Assembly: GCA_010092805.1 (NCBI GenBank)
Contig: JAADYY010000077.1
Location: forward strand, 1-36,251
Reading direction: 5' to 3'
DNA: 36,251 bases
Source: Chloroflexota bacterium
GTDB lineage: Bacteria; Chloroflexota; Anaerolineae; Aggregatilineales; Phototrophicaceae
Shown here: piece by piece, positions 17,983 to 26,749 of the stretch
Layout of the letters: the number at the start of each line of letters is the position of its first letter
Position numbering within the stretch: position 1 is the first letter of the stretch
Notes under the pieces: model-generated
Databases searched by the model: none
The model's input: the letters and a program-made list of their open reading frames with translations, nothing else
What the model was told of the DNA's origin: nothing
Translations under genes and position numbers: made by a program

Positions 17983-18966
17983 ATGACTGAATACATCATT
18001 GGATTTGATCTGGGTGGGACGCGCATGCGCGCCGCACGCCTGGATATGGGCTTAAACATTGTCGCGCGCAAGGAGATTTTGACGCAGGCGCACGAAGGTG
18101 CCGACGCGACGATTGAGCGGATGCGCTATCTGCTGCATGAGGTGATGCCGGAGGATGTTTCGACGGTGGCGGGTATCGGGATCTCCGCGCCGGGGCCGTC
18201 CAACCCCAGGACGGGCGTAGTGGTCGCGCCGCCGAATCTACCCGGCTGGCACAACGTCCCCATCGTGGACATCTTGAAGCAGCGTTACGACCTGCCCATC
18301 TACCTGGGCAACGATGCCAACGTCGCTGCGCTGGCGGAGGTGGCGCGCGGGGCGGCGGTTGGCGCGCGGAATATGATTTTCATCACCGTGAGCACGGGGA
18401 TTGGTGGCGGCATCGTCACAGACGGTAAGCTGCTGCTGGGCAAGGAGGGGCTGGGCGCTGAAGTGGGGCATATGGTCATGATGGTGGGGGATCGTGTCTC
18501 GACGCTGGAGAAAGAGGCGGCTGGCCCGGCGATTGCCCGGCAGGCGCGCGCCCGTATCGAAGCGGGTGAGGCGACGATCATCGAAGAGATGGTCGGGGGC
18601 GAACTGGAGCACATCAACGGCAGCATCGTTGGGACAGCCGCCCAAAGCGGCGACCAAGTCGCCATTGCGCTGATCACGCGGGCCGGGCGTATTCTAGGGC
18701 TGGGGATTGCGTCGCTGCTGCACATTTTCAACCCCGAAGTCATCGTGATTGGCGGTGGTGTCTCGCGCATGGGCGGTATGCTGCTTGATCCGGCGCGTGA
18801 AGCCTACCGGTCGGCGGTGATCGACCCGTCTTACTACCAGAATCTGCGGGTGGAACTGGCGGGTTTAGGCGAAGATGTCAGCTTGATTGGCGCAGGGGCG
18901 CTGGTCGTCACACGCGGCGGGGTGGATGACGTGGTGGCGGTCGCCGACCTGCTCGACGTGGATTGA
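17983..18966 (+). CDS. ROK family sugar kinase (glucokinase-like)
   Basis: GFDLGGT, NDANVAALAE, STGIGGG, AEVGH, NPEVIVIGGG motifs; no N-terminal HTH. Confidence 0.92.
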   Translation: MTEYIIGFDLGGTRMRAARLDMGLNIVARKEILTQAHEGADATIERMRYLLHEVMPEDVSTVAGIGISAPGPSNPRTGVVVAPPNLPGWHNVPIVDILKQRYDLPIYLGNDANVAALAEVARGAAVGARNMIFITVSTGIGGGIVTDGKLLLGKEGLGAEVGHMVMMVGDRVSTLEKEAAGPAIARQARARIEAGEATIIEEMVGGELEHINGSIVGTAAQSGDQVAIALITRAGRILGLGIASLLHIFNPEVIVIGGGVSRMGGMLLDPAREAYRSAVIDPSYYQNLRVELAGLGEDVSLIGAGALVVTRGGVDDVVAVADLLDVD

Positions 18967-19039
18967 TCGGTTTCCCAATCCGCCGATTTATGCTTGAATG
19001 TAAGTAGCAATCTATCACCAAGTTGGGGGCGAAAACTGG

Positions 19040-20788
19040 ATGAAGAAGCGATTTGTTCTGCTCAGTGTGCTGCTGTTGTTGAGCGTGCTGCCGATGGCGG
19101 GCGTCGGTGCCATTGATGATCTGCTCACCGGGCCGCAAACGATGGCGCAGTATTTCCCAGCCGAAACCGTGCTGTTCGGCGCGATTCGCACCGATGAAGC
19201 CTATCTCGACCAGCTCGATGGGCTGGGTGAGCGACTGATCGACGGTGTGGATACGGGCAGTGTTCCGCTGCTGACACCCCGGGAACAGTTGGATCTGCTG
19301 TTGGCACCGGAGAATCTCTCGACCGGGCAACTGCTGGATCTGTTCGGCGATTACGCTGCGCTTGGCTATGTCGGTTACGACGATTTCGATGGGCCGCAGG
19401 AAGCTCTGTTGGTGGCCGAGATCGCGGATCGTGCGGGAGTCGAGGCGCTGCTGATGCGTTTGAACGACGATTTCATCGTAGGGTCTGAAGGCGGCTATAC
19501 AACCTTCCTTTCGGAGGACGATCAGCTCCTGATTGGGCTGAGTGATACGTTGTTCATCGCAGTGGACGATTCAATGGGGTTGCCGCAGTTCCCGTTGGAG
19601 ACGCCGCTGCACAAAAGCGACAAATTCGTCGCGGCAATCAGCGAACTGCCTGCGCCGAGTTACAACATCCTCGCCTACGCCGATATGGAAGTGCTGACCG
19701 GCGATTTAGTCCGCGATGCAGCGGTCAGCGGCATTACGTTCGAGACGCCGGGGCCGCTGGCTGCCGGGTTCACGATCCTCGATGAGAACACGCTCGCCAT
19801 CGATACTGTGCAGCGGTTGGCAACCCCAGCGTCATCGGTGACGGTTAACAGCATTGACCCAGTGTTCCCCCGTTTCATCCCGGCGGATGCGACGGTGGTG
19901 ACCCATGCCACCGATCTCAGTGGGTTGTATGAGCGGCTCATGGCGACGCTGACCGATGTGACCGCGGCCAGTGGCGAGCCGGCTCCACAAGTGCAGGTAG
20001 AGTTGGCCCTGGCCGCGTTGGGGCTGGACTTGGAAGCCGATCTGCTCAACTGGACGACGGGGGATTACGCGATCTTTGGGCGGCTGGATGTTGTGCCGGT
20101 GCTCGAAGGGCTGCTCGGCAATCAGTTTGACATCAACAATCGGTTCGATGTCGGGATGGTGATCGAAGCCACCGATGCTATTGCAGCCCAGAACTTCGCA
20201 AACACGGTCGCCGAGTTAATGACCCAGTTCACAGCGGGCCTGGAGGGGGTCACCATCACGGCGGATGAGATTGCCGGGGTCGGGGTCACGGTGCTTGAGA
20301 CCACCGCATCGCTTGATCCAAGTTCGTTCGTCGATTTCGACATCGTTGTGGGTGCGAACGACGTGATCTTTTTCCTGGCGACTCGCCCGGCGGCTGAAAC
20401 GATTTTGACGGGTGACGGGGTGTTGCTCAACGCCCCGGACTACATCGCGGCGCAACCGTATGTGCTGCCGAATGCAACCTCTGTGTGGTATACCGACGGC
20501 GAAGGCTTCTTGATCGGCAACGGAGCGCCAGTGATCGTTGTGTTGGCGCTGCTTGGCCCAGCCATTGGCAACATCTTCGAAAACATCATCGAAGAACTCG
20601 AAACCGCGCCACAGGCGGCAGCCCCACTCGCGCCGCAGACCATCGCTTACCAGACCCAAGATGAGGTTGCCTTGTTGATCGAGCAGCTAGCGGCATTCGG
20701 GGCGTTGGTGCGCAACAGCACGGCCAGCGCCACCGTGACGGCGGACGGGACGACGCTCATTCGGCTGACGGTCACCTACAACGAGTAA
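19040..20788 (+). CDS. Secreted acidic protein, DUF3352-like, with an internal pilin-like helix
   Basis: Signal peptide MKKRFVLLSVLLLL. Repeated A.YFPAET and RFIPADA starts and DLEADLLNWTTGDYA are in the style of DUF3352 proteins; the family call is from recollection. Confidence 0.7.
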   Translation: MKKRFVLLSVLLLLSVLPMAGVGAIDDLLTGPQTMAQYFPAETVLFGAIRTDEAYLDQLDGLGERLIDGVDTGSVPLLTPREQLDLLLAPENLSTGQLLDLFGDYAALGYVGYDDFDGPQEALLVAEIADRAGVEALLMRLNDDFIVGSEGGYTTFLSEDDQLLIGLSDTLFIAVDDSMGLPQFPLETPLHKSDKFVAAISELPAPSYNILAYADMEVLTGDLVRDAAVSGITFETPGPLAAGFTILDENTLAIDTVQRLATPASSVTVNSIDPVFPRFIPADATVVTHATDLSGLYERLMATLTDVTAASGEPAPQVQVELALAALGLDLEADLLNWTTGDYAIFGRLDVVPVLEGLLGNQFDINNRFDVGMVIEATDAIAAQNFANTVAELMTQFTAGLEGVTITADEIAGVGVTVLETTASLDPSSFVDFDIVVGANDVIFFLATRPAAETILTGDGVLLNAPDYIAAQPYVLPNATSVWYTDGEGFLIGNGAPVIVVLALLGPAIGNIFENIIEELETAPQAAAPLAPQTIAYQTQDEVALLIEQLAAFGALVRNSTASATVTADGTTLIRLTVTYNE

Positions 20789-20824
20789 TCGCGGCGTTCA
20801 TAGCGCATCCACCGCTTGATGGGG

Positions 20825-20859
20825 CGAGGCATGGTGTGGCACCGTGCCTCGGTTGCTTT
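20825..20859 (+). terminator. Intrinsic terminator after the DUF3352-like gene
   Basis: 12-bp stem CGAGGCATGGTG / CACCGTGCCTCG (one G-U pair) followed by GTTGCTTT. Confidence 0.65.
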
Positions 20860-20922
20860 ACCGGGGACTTCCGGCCAGCCCAGATTGTGACTATAGATCT
20901 TTATAAGAATTCTGGGGTGCGA

Positions 20923-20951
20923 TTGAACCCACTCTGGCGTTATGCTACACT
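20923..20951 (+). promoter_or_regulatory. Putative sigma70 promoter giving a leaderless histidine-kinase mRNA
   Basis: TTGAAC (20923-20928), 17 nt, TACACT (20946-20951) with TGn extension. ATG lies 7 nt after the -10 and there is no SD. Confidence 0.6.
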
Positions 20952-20957
20952 GTTCGC

Positions 20958-22550
20958 ATGATCACTCTGTTGGATTATCGTGTGCGCCAGCGCGATTTTT
21001 TACTCGAAATCGCGCGCGCCATCAGCGCTCAACTCGACCTGAGCGAAGTGCTGCGCCTCGTCCTGAATGCATCGGTGGCGATGTTCAGCGGGCAGGTGGG
21101 GTTTATTGCGTTGCGCGATGCCACCGACGCCTACCGCATTCGCGCGACGCTCGGCGTCAACACGCAGCAAGTATCCAGCCTTAATGATCAATTGCAAACC
21201 CTCATCGCCAACTCCACCAACGATTATGAGGCATTCAACACGCAGTTGAACGCGATGGCCAACGACCTCGACGCGAAGCTCGTTCAAGCGATGGCACTGC
21301 CGTTGATCTTTGCGAATGAGCCGGTGGGGATGCTGGTGGTCTTCCGCAGTGTGCAGCGCATGGCCACACCCGATGACATCCAGGTGCTGCAAAGTTTTGC
21401 GAATCAGGCGGCGATTGCTGTGCATAACGCGCAGCTCTACGAGCGCATCAACCAGGAGCGTAAGCGGCTTGCCGCCATTTTGGAGCACAGCGCCGATGGT
21501 GTGATGATCCTGGATGGTGATCTGAATATCTTGCGCTTCAACCGCGCGCTGGAGCGTATGACGGGCTGGTCGGCGGTGGACGCGATTGGTCTGCCACAGG
21601 CAGACGTGCTCATCTGGCAGCGGCTCGATCAGGGGATTCCGCTGAGCGATGAATTGGGGGATGGCTGGCCCTTTCGTGTGCCTGATGACGCACCGGAGAC
21701 GCTTTACATCGAAGGCGACCTGCTGCGCCGCGACGGGTTGACCCTGAGCATTGGCATCATTTACGCGCCGCTGCTCAACAGCGAGGGCAAACTGACGAAT
21801 ATCATTGCCAATGTGCGCGACATCACCAATTTCCGCCAGGCGCAGATGATGCAGAATGTGTTCATCTCGTCGATCTCGCATGAACTGAAAACGCCGGTCG
21901 CGCTGATCAAGGGCCATGCGGCCACACTCCGCCGCGATGATGTGGAGTGGGACCTGAGCATCGTCCGCGAATATTCCGCTGTGATCGAAGATGAGTCGGA
22001 TCGGTTGACTGATCTGATTGAGAATCTGCTGACAGCCAGCAAGATTCAAGCGGAGCGGCGTGTCGATCTACAGTTGGGCGATGTTTGCCTGGATCAATTG
22101 GCGGCGCGGGCCGTCGAGCGCTTCAGTACCCAAACCGACCGGCACAACTTTGAACTCAACTTTCCACCAGACTACCCTGTAATCCCTGGCGATGAGGCGC
22201 GGCTGCGTCAGGTGCTGGACAACCTGCTGAGCAATGCGATCAAGTATTCGCCAGCGGGCGGCATCATCGAAGTCGGTGGGTCGGTGGCCGAACATGACGT
22301 CTATCTGTATGTGCGCGACGAGGGCGTCGGCCTCACCGAAGCGGATCAAGCGCGTGTCTTCGAGCGTTTCTACCGCGTCGATAGCAACCTCAGCCGCAAG
22401 ACGCAGGGGACCGGTTTGGGCCTGTATTTATCGAAGGCCATCGTTGAGGCGCATGGCGGCGCGATGAGCGTTTACAGTCGTCCGGGTCATGGGACGACAT
22501 TTTACTTCACTTTGCCAACGGATATGCCAACCGACCCGCAGTCACTCTAG
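20958..22550 (+). CDS. Cytoplasmic GAF-PAS sensor histidine kinase
   Basis: GAF ending FANQAAIAVHNAQLY; PAS (ILEHSADGV..., NVRDIT); H-box SHELKTP; N-box NLLSNAIKYS; DEGVG; GTGLGL. No TM segment. Confidence 0.95.
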   Translation: MITLLDYRVRQRDFLLEIARAISAQLDLSEVLRLVLNASVAMFSGQVGFIALRDATDAYRIRATLGVNTQQVSSLNDQLQTLIANSTNDYEAFNTQLNAMANDLDAKLVQAMALPLIFANEPVGMLVVFRSVQRMATPDDIQVLQSFANQAAIAVHNAQLYERINQERKRLAAILEHSADGVMILDGDLNILRFNRALERMTGWSAVDAIGLPQADVLIWQRLDQGIPLSDELGDGWPFRVPDDAPETLYIEGDLLRRDGLTLSIGIIYAPLLNSEGKLTNIIANVRDITNFRQAQMMQNVFISSISHELKTPVALIKGHAATLRRDDVEWDLSIVREYSAVIEDESDRLTDLIENLLTASKIQAERRVDLQLGDVCLDQLAARAVERFSTQTDRHNFELNFPPDYPVIPGDEARLRQVLDNLLSNAIKYSPAGGIIEVGGSVAEHDVYLYVRDEGVGLTEADQARVFERFYRVDSNLSRKTQGTGLGLYLSKAIVEAHGGAMSVYSRPGHGTTFYFTLPTDMPTDPQSL

Positions 22551-22578
22551 GCTGCGTGATTAGTCAGGAGACCTGACC

Positions 22579-23931
22579 ATGTTCCCTAGCCACACAAATG
22601 TCCAGTGCCCGAATTGCGGACAACCCAACACGATTGCGCTGGATACGATCATTGATGCTGAGCAGAACCCCGACGCTAAACTGCGGCTGCTTGCTGGCCA
22701 GTTGAACGCGATGAACTGCGTCGCCTGCGGCCATTTGATCAACGTGACGACGCCGCTGCTGTATCACGACCCGGAAAACGAGCTGTTGATGGCGTTTGTG
22801 CCGCCAGAACTCAACCTCGACAAAAATCAGCGCGAACAGGCGATTGGCGACATGCTGCGCCAACTTGATGCGCAACTGCCGCAGGAAGCCAAGCGCGGGT
22901 ATCTGCTGCAACCGCGCGAGGCACTGACGCTGCAAGGGTTGGTCGAGCAGGTGCTGCAAGCCGATGGCGTCACGCCGGAGATGATGGCGGAACAGCGCGA
23001 ACGTGTCAATTTGATCGACTCGTTCCTGCAAGCGTCTGAGGCCGAGCTGCCGGAGTTGGTGCGCCAGCATGACGCTGCTATCGACGCGCAATTGTTCCAG
23101 ACCATGACGATGATGGCGCAGCGGATGGCGCAAACGGGCCAGAACGCGCTGGTTGAACAGATCATCGTGGTGCAGGAACGACTCGCCGAGTATTCGACCT
23201 TCGGCCAGGAATTGGCCGAACGCGGGCGTGTGCAAGAAACGATCCTCCAGGAGATTGCGCAGGCCGTCGAGGCGATGGGCGACGATCCCAGCATCGCGGA
23301 TTTGCTCAATTTGACTGTCCAGTACCGCGAAGACGAGGAGCGGTTGCAAGCGTTGGTCGGCTTGTTGCGGCCTGCGTTCGATTACGCATTTTTTCAGGAA
23401 CTGACACTGCGCATCGGGCAGGCACCGGCTGGCGAGCGTGATGCGCTCGAGGCGCTGCGTGAACGGCTGGTGCAGTTGACGGCCATCATCGACCAGCAAA
23501 CGCAGCGGGCGTTGGAGCAGGCGGCAACGCTGCTCCAGCAGCTCGCCGACTCGCATGACCCCGATGCTTTGATCCAGCAAAATCTGGGGCAGATCGATGA
23601 TACGTTCATGGCTGTGCTCACAGCGAATATCGAGGAAGCCGAACGTCAGAACAACGCGCAGGCAGCCGCGCGCTTCAAAGACATTTATGAGCGGGTCGTT
23701 AATGTGCTGCGTAACAACATGCCGCCGGAACTCCAGTTCCTCAACGAACTGCTCGCCATGCCGTCGGAGGACGAAGCGCGCCGGAAGTTGATCGCCGAGA
23801 TTGGCAATTACGGCCCGATCATGCTCGAAATGATGGATGCGGTCGAGTCGGTGCTGGAGGCACGCGGCGAGACCGAACTCCTGGAAAAGCTGGCGCTGCT
23901 GCGCGAAGAAGCTGCCCAGTCATTCAGTTAG
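22579..23931 (+). CDS. CpXC zinc-ribbon domain protein with long helical C-terminal region
   Basis: N-terminal CPNCG...CVACG followed by PLLYHDPE; AGGAG SD; 28 nt after the kinase stop. Confidence 0.85.
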   Translation: MFPSHTNVQCPNCGQPNTIALDTIIDAEQNPDAKLRLLAGQLNAMNCVACGHLINVTTPLLYHDPENELLMAFVPPELNLDKNQREQAIGDMLRQLDAQLPQEAKRGYLLQPREALTLQGLVEQVLQADGVTPEMMAEQRERVNLIDSFLQASEAELPELVRQHDAAIDAQLFQTMTMMAQRMAQTGQNALVEQIIVVQERLAEYSTFGQELAERGRVQETILQEIAQAVEAMGDDPSIADLLNLTVQYREDEERLQALVGLLRPAFDYAFFQELTLRIGQAPAGERDALEALRERLVQLTAIIDQQTQRALEQAATLLQQLADSHDPDALIQQNLGQIDDTFMAVLTANIEEAERQNNAQAAARFKDIYERVVNVLRNNMPPELQFLNELLAMPSEDEARRKLIAEIGNYGPIMLEMMDAVESVLEARGETELLEKLALLREEAAQSFS

Positions 23932-23964
23932 GCCAGCGGCTCACAATCCGCTCCGCAGAAAATC

Positions 23965-23997
23965 CGGGCGCATCCGTTGTGGTGCGCCCGTTTGATT
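23965..23997 (+). terminator. Intrinsic terminator after the kinase-CpXC pair
   Basis: 10-bp stem CGGGCGCATC / GGTGCGCCCG (one G-U pair) followed by TTTGATT. Confidence 0.65.
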
Positions 23998-24197
23998 GCT
24001 GGCGGCAACGCTCCCTACGGTTTCCCTACGCTCCCGGCTGATCACATTTGGTTCTTTGCCCCGCGCTGGCGCGCCCAGTGTGGAAAAATTACAGATCATG
24101 CGGTAAGCTTTCGGCGCGTTGCCCCATGAACCTGAACCGAACATGGGGCGATTGTGTATATGCTTAGCACAGGGAACTTCTCGAGGGTTTTAAAACC

Positions 24198-25628
24198 ATG
24201 AAATCAACTGCTCGTTTCACCTGGCGCGGCGCTTGGCTGGCGCTGCTGGTGAGTGTGCTGCTGGCGTTGCTGGCGGTGCCTTTCTTCGCTGAGGTGGCAC
24301 CGACTGCCGCGCAAGACCCAACCCCAACCCCCAACGATCCGGTCTGGTTGGCCTTTTCAGAGGCACGCTCCGCGCTGGAGGAGAAATTCGACACCGATTT
24401 GCAGCTTGTCCGCAACTACGAGTGGGCGCAAACGGAGTGGACCAGCCCCGAAGGCATCGAGGACTGCCTGAACCCGGAGAATCGCAGTGGCGAACAACTC
24501 TGGTTCGGCTGGCGCTTCGTGATCACATCGCTGCTGGGCAACCAATACGAAGGGCGCTCCAGCTTCGACCGCTCGGTTATCATCGCCTGCGATAATGTGA
24601 CGGCCCCCGCACAGGTTGCGGCGGCCCCGGCTGATCCGGGTGCGGCTGATCCGAATCTGCCCGCCCCGGTGGCGGGGAGCGGTGCCGTCGGCGGCTTCGA
24701 ACTGGGGGGGCACGTGTTTGACTTCAACGCGGGCACCGTCAGCGCCATGCAGCGCTCCGGGATGACCTGGGTCAAGAAGCAGCTCCGTTACAACCTCGGC
24801 GACGATCCAGGGGTCGCTGCCGGGCTGATTCAGGCGGCGCAGAGTAACGGCTTCCGGATTCTGTTGGGCATCGTCGGCAACCCCGCTCAGATGGGCGATT
24901 ACGGCAGCTACGTCCAGAGCTACGCCAGCTTCGTCGGCGGAGTCGCCGCACTGGGTGCCGACGCGATTGAAGTGTGGAACGAACCGAACATCGCCCGTGA
25001 ATGGCCTGCCGGGCAGATCAACGGCGGGACGTACACACAAATGCTGGCGGCGGCGTTCAACGCCATCAAATCGTCCAATCCTAACACCATCGTGATCAGC
25101 GGCGCGCCGGCCCCAACAGGTTTCTTCGGCGCGGCGGGCTGCACCGCGCAGGGCTGCAACGACGATGTCTTCATGCAGCAGATGGCGGCAGCGGGTGCGG
25201 GCCAGTACATGGACTGTGTGGGGCTGCACTACAACGAAGGGATCATCGCGCCCAACCAGAATAGCGGCGACCCGCGCGGCAGTTACCCGACCTACTACTT
25301 TGACCAGATGTTGAATCGGGGCTTTGCGCCCTTCGGTGGCACACCTGTTTGCTGGACGGAGCTGGGGTATCTCTCTGGTGAGGGCTTCGATATGCCAATC
25401 CCTGCCGGCTTCGCGTGGGCCAACAACACCACACAGACTCAGAAGGCTGCCTGGCTGGCCGAAGCAGTCTCGCGCTCGGCGCAGAGTGGCCGCGTGCGCC
25501 TGATGATCATCTGGAACGTCGATTTCCCGTTCTTCACCGCAACCGACCCGATGGGTGGTTACGCGATGATCGAGCCGGGCGGTGCTTGCCGCGCCTGCGA
25601 TACTGTCGGTGCGGTGATGGGAGGGTAA
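24198..25628 (+). CDS. Secreted clan GH-A-like glycoside hydrolase with small N-terminal Cys-containing domain
   Basis: Signal/TM segment, Pro/Ala linker, then IEVWNEPN, VGLHYNEG and VCWTELGY motifs. Confidence 0.82.
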   Translation: MKSTARFTWRGAWLALLVSVLLALLAVPFFAEVAPTAAQDPTPTPNDPVWLAFSEARSALEEKFDTDLQLVRNYEWAQTEWTSPEGIEDCLNPENRSGEQLWFGWRFVITSLLGNQYEGRSSFDRSVIIACDNVTAPAQVAAAPADPGAADPNLPAPVAGSGAVGGFELGGHVFDFNAGTVSAMQRSGMTWVKKQLRYNLGDDPGVAAGLIQAAQSNGFRILLGIVGNPAQMGDYGSYVQSYASFVGGVAALGADAIEVWNEPNIAREWPAGQINGGTYTQMLAAAFNAIKSSNPNTIVISGAPAPTGFFGAAGCTAQGCNDDVFMQQMAAAGAGQYMDCVGLHYNEGIIAPNQNSGDPRGSYPTYYFDQMLNRGFAPFGGTPVCWTELGYLSGEGFDMPIPAGFAWANNTTQTQKAAWLAEAVSRSAQSGRVRLMIIWNVDFPFFTATDPMGGYAMIEPGGACRACDTVGAVMGG

Positions 25629-25668
25629 CCGCATTTAGCGGTGCCCCACAAGCGCACAGAAAATAGAA

Positions 25669-25699
25669 AACAGGCTGCTCCAACGCGGGGCAGCCTGTT
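25669..25699. terminator. Bidirectional terminator between convergent genes
   Basis: Stem AACAGGCTGCTCC / GGGGCAGCCTGTT. The A-tract on the left gives a U-tail on the minus strand. Confidence 0.75.
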
Positions 25700-25727
25700 C
25701 AATTTACGGGCGATGGTCGGATACGGA

Positions 25728-26651
25728 TCAATCACCAGAGGCCGTCAGCGGGGCATCACTCATGTGATAATCCTGCAAACGCGCATGATAGCCGCGCAGC
25801 ACCCGCTGCCCGTGATCGTCGAAGTGCCCCTTCACGCTCCGCGCATCGATCCGCGCACGATGATCCGGTTTGGCCAACGCCGCCGAAAAACGCCGCCGCT
25901 TGCGGCGGTACTCCCAGATCTCCAGGTAGCCACCCAGCCGCCCACCCAGCAGTGCTTCCAACCCGCGCTTGATCAACGCCCAACCGCGCCGGGGCGCATG
26001 ATCGTGTTCGGGGTAGAATGTGGTGGTCGCGTTGGGCAGGTGTGCATCCACCCAACCGTTGCACTGACGCAGCGCACGGTAACGATCATGGCCGTAGAGC
26101 GGCACCATCTGCGCGACTTCGTGTGCAATGTAAAGATCCTGGCAGTCCTGCGCCAAGGCGTCTTCCGCGAGCACATAATTTGGGCAGATGATCACGCCGC
26201 GCAGGCGCGCCACCCGCACCAACAGCACCGCGCACGCCCGTGCCAGCCACACCCGATGTGCCGCCGTCACGATCACGTAATCGAGGTCGTCGTGTGTGTC
26301 GGCAGCGTTGTGCATCGCCAGCGCCCCCGTCAGGGCAACCATGCGCACAAACGGCAGCCGTGCCAACCAGACGCCGTAAATCAAGGCCTGCGGCCACAGA
26401 TGCGCGGAGGCTTGCTCACGCTGCCGACGCTGCGCCAGCAGGTCCGCGCGCCCGGCGCGGACCACATACCCGTCAATTTGCTGGAGCCGTGCGCGTAACG
26501 GCTGTGAAGCGGCCAGCGTTTGCGCGACCGCCGCCAGACTGATAGGGTGATCGGCGATCAGGAAATGGTGGATCTCGCGGCAGGTCATGGGGAAATCGAA
26601 CACATCCGCATAGAGGACAGTGCGGAGGATGGCTGCTTCGACGGCGTTCAC
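25728..26651 (-). CDS. Uncharacterised Pol-beta-fold nucleotidyltransferase-like protein
   Basis: PFVRMVALTGALAMHN...DDLDYVIV resembles the hG[SA]...DxD signature; also RVWLAR, ICPNY, DLYIAHE. Probable GTG start at 26651. Confidence 0.72.
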   Translation of the reverse strand: MNAVEAAILRTVLYADVFDFPMTCREIHHFLIADHPISLAAVAQTLAASQPLRARLQQIDGYVVRAGRADLLAQRRQREQASAHLWPQALIYGVWLARLPFVRMVALTGALAMHNAADTHDDLDYVIVTAAHRVWLARACAVLLVRVARLRGVIICPNYVLAEDALAQDCQDLYIAHEVAQMVPLYGHDRYRALRQCNGWVDAHLPNATTTFYPEHDHAPRRGWALIKRGLEALLGGRLGGYLEIWEYRRKRRRFSAALAKPDHRARIDARSVKGHFDDHGQRVLRGYHARLQDYHMSDAPLTASGD

Positions 26652-26749
26652 GGGGCTACCTTTCAAATCACTCGTGTTGCTCACGGGGCGGCAGTGCAAG
26701 GCCGCACGACAGCATTGGCGGGTGGTGGGTCACGACGCAATGAGCATAA

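Noticed and set aside
24010-24149. Short direct repeat TCCCTACG x2 and hairpin GCCCCATG/CATGGGGC upstream of the second GH gene
   Set aside because: Too short to separate from chance in GC-rich DNA, with no recognisable regulator or RNA motif.
21000-25634. Long minus-strand ORFs (349, 338 and 425 aa) opposite the kinase, CpXC and GH genes
   Set aside because: Codon-aligned mirror frames without SD or domain signatures.
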